In this document: positions 25,491-33,344 of the stretch, piece by piece
How positions within the stretch are numbered: position 1 is the first letter of the stretch
Layout of the letters: each line of letters starts with the position of its first letter
Assembly (NCBI RefSeq): GCF_913777325.1
Contig: NZ_CAJYSA010000064.1
Reading direction: 5' to 3' (one strand)
Origin: an uncultured Sphingomonas sp.
Lineage (GTDB): Bacteria > Pseudomonadota > Alphaproteobacteria > Sphingomonadales > Sphingomonadaceae
Length of the DNA stretch: 64,000 nt
Notes under the pieces: model-generated
The model's input: the letters and a program-made list of their open reading frames with translations, nothing else
Database searches by the model: none
Told to the model about the DNA's origin: nothing
Made by a program: the position numbers and the translations under genes

Positions 25491-25931
25491 GTGATTGAAC
25501 ATCCTCGCCATCAAGATTGGGAAGACCGTCTCCGGACATACCTAGACCGAGTATCAGAAGAACCCTTCAAATGGGGTCAACACGATTGCGCGTTATTTGC
25601 CGCAGATTGTGTTCGCGTGATGACCGGCTTCGATCCTGCCGAAGGTCTACGCGGAACCTATGACAGCGGTCGCGGCGCAGCGCTGGCGTTGCGCGAACGC
25701 GGGGCAGGGACGCTCCTGAAGACCGTCAAGCTGTGGTTGGGTGAACCAATCTCGGTCCATTTCGGACAGCGTGGCGATATCGTGATGCGTGACGCTTACA
25801 CCGTGGGCGTCTGTGTCGGACCCTATTCGTGGTTCGTGGGTGAAGCCGGTGGCAAGGCCGGGCTGACAACGCTCCCTACAGCGTCACTCCGCTACGCTTT
25901 CCGCGTGCCCTACGAGATCGAGGGCGCGTAA
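25491..25931 (+). CDS. Tail-associated NlpC/P60-like peptidase (lambda K / GTA g14-like position)
   Basis: WGQHDCALFAADCV contains a candidate catalytic Cys, and QRGDIVM follows later. Size (146 aa) and position fit. Confidence 0.55.
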   Translation: MIEHPRHQDWEDRLRTYLDRVSEEPFKWGQHDCALFAADCVRVMTGFDPAEGLRGTYDSGRGAALALRERGAGTLLKTVKLWLGEPISVHFGQRGDIVMRDAYTVGVCVGPYSWFVGEAGGKAGLTTLPTASLRYAFRVPYEIEGA

Positions 25932-27544
25932 TGGCGAAGGTCGTCAAGACGGTCGCGTTGATCGCTGTTGCGGTCGCCATTGTGGTTGTCGCCGCGCCGT
26001 TCGCTGGTGCCGTTGCCGGGCTCTACGGTGCCAGTGCGGCCACGGTCGCGGCCATCTCATCGGCTGTTGTGGGTATCGGTCTTTCGATTGGCTTGGGAGC
26101 CATCGGCACCCTGTTCCGCAAGAGCGCCACGATGTCATCCTCGATGGCGGATCGTCTTCAGACTCAGATCGTCCCCGCTGCCCCTCGGAAGATCGTCTTC
26201 GGACGCTCCGCAGCCGGTAACGACGAACGCTTCTTCGAAGTGTGGGGGAAGAACAAGGACAGCTACGCCAGAGTAGTGGTGGCTGCGTCTCATCGCATCC
26301 ATGCTTTCAAGAAATTCTACATCGAGAATGACGAAACATGGAATGGTTCACTCGTTGCGCATAGTGACGGGATCGCCTCGCTACGCACTGTCACAGAAGG
26401 TCGTCCCGGCAACGGCTTCGCAGTTGGTTCGGGTGCTTACTGGAAATCTACCGCTACCTTCACCGGGTGCGCCTATTACGCGATCCAATATAAACTATCC
26501 GACAAAGCGTGGCCTAGCGGTATTCCAGCGCGCAACACGATGGAGATTGAAGGGTGTCCGCTCTACGATCCAAGGCTAGATAGTAGCCGGGGAGGATCAG
26601 GGCCGCATCGCATCGAAGATCAGTCAACATGGTCTTTCTACAGCGGCACTATCGAAATCGGGCGCAATCCAGCGAACGCTTTGCTGACGTATCTGATCGG
26701 CTATCGGATCAACGGTAAGCTCGCTTGGGGGATGGGCGTTCCGCCTTCCGCGATCAACTTCGATAACTTCCGCAAGTATGCGAACGTCTGTGAAGAACGC
26801 GTCCAGATCGCCACCGGTGGAACCACGCAGCGCTATACTTGTGATGGCATCTACTCGACTTCCGACACCCATGAGAGTGTGATTGCGTCGATCACCGCCG
26901 CGATGGGTTGCACCAAGCTGGTGGATGTCGCCGGGACGTATTCGCTGATTGGCGGGTATGACGACACGCTCGGTCCAAAGCACGCCTTTGATGACGGTGA
27001 CATCATCGGAATGGGATCGTGGGTGCCCGCTGGTCCGCTGCGTGAAACCTACAATATCGTTGAAGGTAAATTCCCCGATCCTGATGAGCTATTTCAGGTA
27101 AATTCTTGGGGTAAGATCGAAACAGCACCGGCAGCGGATGGCATTCCACGTTCGTTAACGCTTGATCTCGGCTGTGTGGGACGCGCTGAAACCTGTCAGC
27201 GTATCGCCAAACAGTTCATTGCGCGTGAACAACTAACGCCGGGACATTTCACCGCGACTTTTGGACCGAAGGCTTTTGCGGTTCAGATTGGTGATCTTCT
27301 CACGCTGTCGCATGGTGTTCGAAGCTGGAACAACAAGCTGTTTCGGGTGATCGAACAGCAAGAAGTTCATGACATGTTTTATCAGATGACCTTGCGCGAA
27401 GAAAATCCAGAAGTTTTCGCGTGGGACAAGGACGAAGCCAAACCGGTCCCGTTCAACCTTCGTCCGCCCGGCTATGACGCATCCATGAAAATCAGCATCG
27501 AAGGGCTGCGTCTGTCAACGATCACATACCAAGGTGTCAGCTAA
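25931..27544 (+). CDS. Tail tip / host-specificity (J-like) protein with a hydrophobic N-terminal segment
   Basis: It is coupled to the upstream gene by TAATG. The protein is 537 aa and lies after the peptidase-like gene. Its N-terminal ~60 aa are strongly hydrophobic. Confidence 0.6.
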   Translation: MAKVVKTVALIAVAVAIVVVAAPFAGAVAGLYGASAATVAAISSAVVGIGLSIGLGAIGTLFRKSATMSSSMADRLQTQIVPAAPRKIVFGRSAAGNDERFFEVWGKNKDSYARVVVAASHRIHAFKKFYIENDETWNGSLVAHSDGIASLRTVTEGRPGNGFAVGSGAYWKSTATFTGCAYYAIQYKLSDKAWPSGIPARNTMEIEGCPLYDPRLDSSRGGSGPHRIEDQSTWSFYSGTIEIGRNPANALLTYLIGYRINGKLAWGMGVPPSAINFDNFRKYANVCEERVQIATGGTTQRYTCDGIYSTSDTHESVIASITAAMGCTKLVDVAGTYSLIGGYDDTLGPKHAFDDGDIIGMGSWVPAGPLRETYNIVEGKFPDPDELFQVNSWGKIETAPAADGIPRSLTLDLGCVGRAETCQRIAKQFIAREQLTPGHFTATFGPKAFAVQIGDLLTLSHGVRSWNNKLFRVIEQQEVHDMFYQMTLREENPEVFAWDKDEAKPVPFNLRPPGYDASMKISIEGLRLSTITYQGVS

Positions 27545-27552
27545 ATAACTTT

Positions 27553-28887
27553 GTGTCACAGGTATCAATTGTAATCGTCAACTGGACGCCCATCGAAACA
27601 GGGCGTGCCAAATACATGCAGATTTACTCGCGGATCGCCGGAACACAGGAGTGGACCGAAGAGAGTGCGAGCGCTGACCCCGCGTCAGGAGAGTTTCGCT
27701 TCACCTCTAACGCGCCATCGACTGACGTTCAGGTCCGGTGTCGGATCATCAACACAGATGGCGTGCCGGGTGACTGGTATACCGATCACATCGTCACAGC
27801 GTCAGCGGTCGTTGAGTATGAAACCGTCAAGGGCACTCCGACAAAGCTTGGCGATATCAACTCTGGCGAGGGCGGTAAGCTTGACGGCATCGAGAATGGC
27901 GCAACTCGCAACATGCTCCGTGGCGAGTGGGCGTATGGGACAACTTACGCTCAAGGCGATATCGTCGGTTATCAGGGCACGTCCTACGGGGTCTTGGTCA
28001 CGCACGTTGCGATCACGCCTCCACCGGGGGCGAACTATCAGACATTCGCGTCGCAGGGCAGCACCGGACCCCAAGGTCCGGCTGGTCCACAGGGTGGATC
28101 GCTCTACACGTGGATCGCCTTCGCCAACAACGCCACCGGCACCGTTGGCTTCACCACCGGTCAGAACACCGGTCAGACTTACATCGGTATCGCGAACAAC
28201 AAGCCGACCGATGTTGAGGGGACGAACCCGGCTGACTACACGTGGTCCCTGATCAAGGGCACTGACGGCGTTCCCGGCTCACCGGGTCCGGCTGGGCAGA
28301 CAACCTACACGTGGATCGCTTACTCATCGTCTAGCGATGGCTCGCTGAACTTCACCACGGGTGATCCTCAAGGCCGGACCTATCTCGGTATCAGCGCCAA
28401 TCGTAACACAGCCGAAGAGTCACAGAACCCGGCTGACTACTCGTGGTCGCTCATTCAGGGGCCGCAAGGCGCTCAAGGCGGGCAGGGACCGCAAGGACCG
28501 GGTGGACCACAAGGCGCACAAGGACCGCAAGGCAACACCGGCGCTCAAGGCCCTCAAGGACCGGGCGGTGCGCCGGGACGCCCTGCTATCGTCTTCAATC
28601 AGGATGCCGCTCCGTCTGGCCAGATCGTCAACGACACGTGGTATCGGCCATCCTACAAGGACTGGTATCGCTGGAATGGCGGTGGCTGGGAAAAGATGCT
28701 CGGCAACGTGGCGTCATTGGATGCCATTGGCGCGAGCTACATCGCGGTCGATAACCTAAGCGCGATTAAATCTACCCTCGGAATGATCCGAACCGCAGCG
28801 TCAGGCCAGCGTGTCGAGATCAGTGACGCCGGGATGACTGTTTTCGACGCCAATAACGTGCCGCGTGTCAGGATCGGGCTGTTCTGA
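27553..28887 (+). CDS. Tail fibre with collagen-like Gly-X-Y tracts and two tandem ~70 aa modules
   Basis: Collagen-like tracts are GSTGPQGPAGPQGG, GTDGVPGSPGPAG and GPQGAQGGQGPQGPGGPQGAQGPQGNTGAQGPQGPGGAPGRP. The repeated modules are YTWIAF...NPADYTWSLIKG and YTWIAY...NPADYSWSLIQG. Confidence 0.75.
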   Translation: MSQVSIVIVNWTPIETGRAKYMQIYSRIAGTQEWTEESASADPASGEFRFTSNAPSTDVQVRCRIINTDGVPGDWYTDHIVTASAVVEYETVKGTPTKLGDINSGEGGKLDGIENGATRNMLRGEWAYGTTYAQGDIVGYQGTSYGVLVTHVAITPPPGANYQTFASQGSTGPQGPAGPQGGSLYTWIAFANNATGTVGFTTGQNTGQTYIGIANNKPTDVEGTNPADYTWSLIKGTDGVPGSPGPAGQTTYTWIAYSSSSDGSLNFTTGDPQGRTYLGISANRNTAEESQNPADYSWSLIQGPQGAQGGQGPQGPGGPQGAQGPQGNTGAQGPQGPGGAPGRPAIVFNQDAAPSGQIVNDTWYRPSYKDWYRWNGGGWEKMLGNVASLDAIGASYIAVDNLSAIKSTLGMIRTAASGQRVEISDAGMTVFDANNVPRVRIGLF

Positions 28888-29183
28888 TGGCGCTGGTCTT
28901 CGAAATCAGAAACCCCGATGGATCAATGCACCTTGATTTATCCAAGCGCGTGACCCGCTACATCGGCACGTTCACGATCAGCGCTTCGCAACCTTCGGGA
29001 GCAATCACTCATCCGGCTTTTGGTGTTGAGGGAAGGCCTTATTTTCATCCGGTAAGTCTGTGGGTTGGCAATTTCCCCGGATCAATGCCGTGGATTATCG
29101 CGCGATCAAACTCTATCACTTGGGAGTATCGCGCCGCTAACAACTCGCCAATGAGCGTCACCATTGCCTACGGTGTATTCTGA
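28887..29183 (+). CDS. Hypothetical protein (fibre-associated, 98 aa)
   Basis: It is coupled to the fibre gene by TGATG. Confidence 0.55.
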   Translation: MALVFEIRNPDGSMHLDLSKRVTRYIGTFTISASQPSGAITHPAFGVEGRPYFHPVSLWVGNFPGSMPWIIARSNSITWEYRAANNSPMSVTIAYGVF

Positions 29184-29836
29184 TGGCAACGGGCGTTAGC
29201 ATCGCGAACAATTATGGTTCAATTATCGTCAACGAGAATTTCAAAAATGATTATCTCGTTAGGAAGGGAACGGTAACGATCTCCTCGCGAAGTAGCTATG
29301 ATTTTACCTCGGTCAATTTCAGCGGGGTGGCTCCGAAGTTTGCCTTCCGAGAAAACACCGGTGGGAAGATGGTCGGTGTCACCTCCATCGACTACTACAA
29401 CGGCACCTACACCGCAAACATGGTGTGTTCGGACACCCCCGCCACCATCACCTATTATATCTTCGATACAGTGCCAGATAATCTACCATCGCTCGGCTAT
29501 TTCTCGGTGCGTGATGGTCAGGGTCGTCTAACTTTCGATTCTAACCTCAAGTATCTTCGCCTAATTGATTTCGTCAGCGGTAACGGGCGAACGGCTCCTA
29601 AGGTCGCTGGTGTCACTGAGGCTGCGATTATCTGTTCACCGAACATGCAACAGTGGGGTGGTGGCGGCGGCTTCTCAACCGTTGCCTCGGCTGTCGCTGA
29701 CTTCGGCTTCGGTTATGATCTCGCGTATTTGAATATGGGATACACCGACACCAGCGATGGTGGCACCATCAACTCAAACGAACCCACGTATGATTACCCG
29801 ACATCGGTCATGATCATTGATGTCACCGGTTATTAA
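29183..29836 (+). CDS. Hypothetical protein (217 aa), tail-fibre region
   Basis: It is coupled to the upstream gene by TGATG and the ORF is uninterrupted. Confidence 0.55.
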   Translation: MATGVSIANNYGSIIVNENFKNDYLVRKGTVTISSRSSYDFTSVNFSGVAPKFAFRENTGGKMVGVTSIDYYNGTYTANMVCSDTPATITYYIFDTVPDNLPSLGYFSVRDGQGRLTFDSNLKYLRLIDFVSGNGRTAPKVAGVTEAAIICSPNMQQWGGGGGFSTVASAVADFGFGYDLAYLNMGYTDTSDGGTINSNEPTYDYPTSVMIIDVTGY

Positions 29837-29843
29837 ATACGGT

Positions 29844-30461
29844 ATGAAAATTCTTCTTGAAAAGACCATGCAGAACGGCGCTCAAGCGTCGGAGCACACG
29901 ATTGAAACCCTGACGATCACGGACGGTCAGGCTGTCGCTACCGTCACGAGCCGCACCAGCGCTGGTCAGCTAGCGTGGCAGGAGCCGTGCGAGATCGACC
30001 CCGCTGACCTTACTGGTGACCCTATAGCGAGCGCCGCCGCGTCGCTGATGAAGGGCGGGGGTTATCTCGAAGGTGGCGTGATCGAAGCGGATCAGACCCC
30101 GCTTGAGGTTCGAAAACTGACTTCGCTCAAGCGTGTGGATCAACTGCGCGAGATCAAGGTCACGGGTGGCTGCCCGACCGAACACGGGATCGTCCAGACC
30201 GATGACGTGTCGATCCGCAACATCCTCGGGAGCGTCCAGACGGCATCTCTGTCGGCGAAGCTGGAAACGCCATTCTCGATTGAGTGGCGCATGGCCGACA
30301 ATAGCGTCGTCACCCTCGATGCCAACGAGATGATCGCCATGGGCGTGGCGGTGATGAGCCATATCAAGACCTGTTACACCCGCTCGTGGGCGCTCAAGGA
30401 CGCTGTTGAGGCGTGTCAGGATGAGGTGAGCTTGGCCGCTCTGGTGCTGACGCTCGACTAA
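29844..30461 (+). CDS. Hypothetical protein, possibly tail-fibre-assembly-like
   Basis: The start at 29844 is chosen by TAAATA-N4-ATG. The upstream stop is inside the motif. Confidence 0.55.
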   Translation: MKILLEKTMQNGAQASEHTIETLTITDGQAVATVTSRTSAGQLAWQEPCEIDPADLTGDPIASAAASLMKGGGYLEGGVIEADQTPLEVRKLTSLKRVDQLREIKVTGGCPTEHGIVQTDDVSIRNILGSVQTASLSAKLETPFSIEWRMADNSVVTLDANEMIAMGVAVMSHIKTCYTRSWALKDAVEACQDEVSLAALVLTLD

Positions 30462-30468
30462 ATAGCTG

Positions 30469-30645
30469 ATGAAAAATTTCCTCGCGTCCCTGACGCCCCG
30501 CAAAGTCAAAGTCATCGTGGCCATCGCTCTAGCCGTGGCCAGCGCGTTCGGTGTCATCCAGCCCGAACAGGCTACGCAATGGCGCAACACCATCGGCATG
30601 GCCGTTGACCTGATCCCGTCCGAAAACACCGGCGATCTTCTCTAA
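30469..30645 (+). CDS. Small membrane protein (58 aa), holin-like or other
   Basis: It is below the ORF-track cut-off. The start is TAAATA-N4-ATG. Translation is MKNFLASLTPRKVKVIVAIALAVASAFGVIQPEQATQWRNTIGMAVDLIPSENTGDLL, with one hydrophobic helix. Confidence 0.45.
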   Translation: MKNFLASLTPRKVKVIVAIALAVASAFGVIQPEQATQWRNTIGMAVDLIPSENTGDLL

Positions 30646-31022
30646 TGGACATCGGCGTTCTTGAGCTTTGCGGCATCGGTGCCGCCCTGTCCGCTGGGCT
30701 CGGTGGTCCCATCGCTGTCATTCGCTGGTGCGGTGGTTACGTGGATCAGAAGGTCCGGGAGAGTGAGCGGGCGCTGACAGCCAAGATCGATACCGTCACC
30801 CACAAGTCCAACAACAACACCACCCGCATCGACGCCATCGAGCGACTTCGCGTCACCGACGTTGAGCGTATCGTGAAGGTCGAATCCAACCTTTCCAACC
30901 TCGAAAAGGGTCAGGAGCGCATCGAGCACCAGCTTGAGAAGATGGAAGCTGACAGCGAGAAAGGGCGCTCGGAGATCATCGAGTCCATTCGTGAGCTACG
31001 GACGGTTGGCCTAAAGCCGTAA
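30645..31022 (+). CDS. Membrane-anchored coiled-coil protein (125 aa), last gene of the prophage
   Basis: It is coupled to the upstream gene by TAATG. The N-terminal hydrophobic segment is LELCGIGAALSAGLGGPIAVI, followed by a heptad-like charged region. Confidence 0.5.
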   Translation: MDIGVLELCGIGAALSAGLGGPIAVIRWCGGYVDQKVRESERALTAKIDTVTHKSNNNTTRIDAIERLRVTDVERIVKVESNLSNLEKGQERIEHQLEKMEADSEKGRSEIIESIRELRTVGLKP

Positions 31023-31113
31023 GGGCAGGGATACTCCACACATGGGTTGACCTTCGTGAAGCTGGACATGAAGACCGTCGCCAAATTGTTCGGGCGCGCC
31101 TGATCGGGGCGAC

Positions 31114-33162
31114 TTACCCGCGCGGTGATGCGATCGTGACCGTCATTCGGACCCGGCGGTACGCGGGGGCGACCTCCTCGTCGGGCGTCATGTCGAGCAA
31201 CGGGCGCCCGTCCGCCGCCCAATGCACGCGCCGCAGCCGGGTGTCGCGCCCGTCCCCACCCACGCCGTCGCCCCAAGTGTGATAGACGTACAGCGGCACG
31301 CCATCCTCGTCGCGGGTGAAGGCGCCGTGTCCCGGCCCCTGCTCGTAGGAGAGGTAATCGGTGACGCCGGCGGGCATCGGCACGCTCTTCTGCAACGGCG
31401 CGGACCATTTGTGCCACTGACGCAGATCGGTGAGGTCGGCGCCCTCCGCCGCCCAGGCGCCGCCGACGACATAGGTGGGGCTGACGCCGGAGCTGGAATA
31501 GACGAGATGGACGCGCCCGTCGCGCACCACCGCGAAGCCGCCCTCCGCCAGGTTTTCCTCGAACGACATTTCGGGAACGATGATCGGGCGCGGTGAGGAA
31601 GCCAGACGCGCGGGCCGCGCCGGATCCATGCGCGCGATCCACGTCAAGGGATCGCCGATCGTCCCCGCTGGCGTGAGATAGCGTTGCGACCAGATGTAAT
31701 AATCCCGCCCGGCGGCGCGGAAGTGCGACATGTCGAGGCTGATGTTGCGCGCGAAGTCGGGACGCCCGAGCCGCGATCCGTCCGCCGCGCGGACCGCCAT
31801 CGGCGCCGACCAGTCCGACGCGCGCGCGGGATCGCCGCCATCGCGCAACTGCATGATGTGCGCCTCCACCGTCGACCAGTCGCCGCCCTCGGCGGACTGG
31901 TCGTCGCGGGGATTGAAGCAGGGCGCGAACAGGATCGACAATCGCCCGCCGATCTCGCGCACTTCCGGCGCCCAATAGCAGCCGGCGATCGTGCGCCCCT
32001 CGGCAGTGCGATCGTGGCGGGTGCGGCGATTGAGCAGATCGACCTCGCGGGCCTTGCCGCCATTGGCATCGGCCAGGGCAGCGATCGAATCGGCGACGCG
32101 GATGGGCAGATGTACCGAACCGACATTGTCATTTCCGGTGTCGTCGGTGGCGACGAACAGATAGCGCGTTCGTCCGCCATGCTCCCAGCGATAGATGGTC
32201 GGATCGGCACGATTATAGGCGAAGATGCGGGGGTAACGGCGCTGGCGGACGAGGCCGTACACCGCATGCGTGCCGCCGCGCGCCGCGGCCAGGCGGCGCA
32301 GATCGCCGGCATCCCAATCGACCGCGCGGGTCGCGGTGGACCCGTCCGAATAGTCCAGCGTCGCGCGCACCGATGCGAGCGACGCGACCGCGCCCGGTGC
32401 GATCGTGTGCGGCGCGACCCGCGCGCCGACGTTGACGATCCGTCCGAAGCGGTTGCGCAAGGCGGTCGCGAGCCGGGCGTCCACGGCGATTCCAGCGTCG
32501 ATCGCGATCGTCCCCTCGTGACGGACGCCGACGTTCCCGGTGGCGGCGATCCGCGAGGGTTGCGTGCCATCCGCCACCGGTTCGGTGCGCGTGAGATCGG
32601 CGACGGTGGTCCAATAGGCACCGCCCGCGGCGTCGCGCCACGCCACGACATAGCGGCGCGCGGCGCGATCCCACGATGCGCGCGGGACGAGCACCGCTCC
32701 GTCGCCGGGCAGGTCGATCGTCGCCAATTCCGCGAACGTCGCCGATCCGGCGCGATCGGCCTTGAACAAGACGGCGCGGCCCGGCTGCGCGACGCCGGCC
32801 ATGTCGACCCGCGTCGCGATGATGCCGAGGCTGCCGTCCGCGAAATAGAAGGGGGAGGGATCGGCCACGCCGCGCTGCACGACGCGATCGACCCCGATCC
32901 GGTCGCCGCGCGCGAACATCACGCCGTAATCGTCGTTCAGCGGCTTGCCATCCAGTGCCAGATGGACGCTGCGCGCGATCACAGGCTGGTTCGCGTCATG
33001 CGCGGTGCCGGGTGGGCGCGTATAGGCCGTGAGGCGCGCGGCGCGGTGCGACTGCGCGGCGATGGCGGAGCGCTTTCCAACGTGTTCGTCGCCTGGCGCC
33101 GCCGCGAGCAACGCCATTGCCGGTACGATGCCCGCTGTGCGGAAGAAGGCGGCGCGTATCAT
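31114..33162 (-). CDS. Glycoside hydrolase family 43 protein (arabinan / arabinofuranosidase-like), secreted
   Basis: The ATG at 33162 has AGGAGA upstream and a signal-like N-terminus. NRADPTIY, CYWAPE, SLDMSHF and NLAEGG are GH43-type catalytic-region motifs. Confidence 0.85.
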   Translation of the reverse strand: MIRAAFFRTAGIVPAMALLAAAPGDEHVGKRSAIAAQSHRAARLTAYTRPPGTAHDANQPVIARSVHLALDGKPLNDDYGVMFARGDRIGVDRVVQRGVADPSPFYFADGSLGIIATRVDMAGVAQPGRAVLFKADRAGSATFAELATIDLPGDGAVLVPRASWDRAARRYVVAWRDAAGGAYWTTVADLTRTEPVADGTQPSRIAATGNVGVRHEGTIAIDAGIAVDARLATALRNRFGRIVNVGARVAPHTIAPGAVASLASVRATLDYSDGSTATRAVDWDAGDLRRLAAARGGTHAVYGLVRQRRYPRIFAYNRADPTIYRWEHGGRTRYLFVATDDTGNDNVGSVHLPIRVADSIAALADANGGKAREVDLLNRRTRHDRTAEGRTIAGCYWAPEVREIGGRLSILFAPCFNPRDDQSAEGGDWSTVEAHIMQLRDGGDPARASDWSAPMAVRAADGSRLGRPDFARNISLDMSHFRAAGRDYYIWSQRYLTPAGTIGDPLTWIARMDPARPARLASSPRPIIVPEMSFEENLAEGGFAVVRDGRVHLVYSSSGVSPTYVVGGAWAAEGADLTDLRQWHKWSAPLQKSVPMPAGVTDYLSYEQGPGHGAFTRDEDGVPLYVYHTWGDGVGGDGRDTRLRRVHWAADGRPLLDMTPDEEVAPAYRRVRMTVTIASPRG

Positions 33163-33344
33163 CGACTCTCCTGCCCGGCGGAATAGGGTTCGGCCCGCGC
33201 GAGACGCGAACCACGCATGGCAGCGTGCCGCTGTCATGTCATGCCAACCGTGCTTCGGCAACGCGCGGTGGCTTCCCCGGCTACCCCGCCCCTTCGCGCG
33301 TCGGCAGGGGCGGGGACGAGGTGTCGGAGGTCAGGCGCGATGGG

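Larger units (their letters stand above)
1..31070. mobile_element. Integrated tailed prophage, HK97-like siphovirus morphogenesis module. It is partial: the left end is outside the window and the right junction lies somewhere in 31023..31113.
   Basis: A contiguous set of phage genes (rep, HNH, terS, terL, portal, protease, capsid, tail, tape measure, fibre) is present. Base composition changes abruptly near 31.09 kb from mixed A/T third positions to almost exclusively G/C third positions. Confidence 0.85.

Noticed and set aside
28057-28581. Short periodic nucleotide repeats that could be mistaken for a CRISPR-like or tandem array
   Set aside because: The periodicity is the 9 bp Gly-X-Y coding repeat of a collagen-like tract inside an intact ORF. 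No repeat-spacer architecture is present anywhere in the window.
30911-31975. 354 aa minus-strand ORF spanning the prophage-host junction
   Set aside because: It is Arg/Gly/Ala-rich nonsense, out of frame with the GH43 gene it overlaps, and it crosses the compositional boundary.
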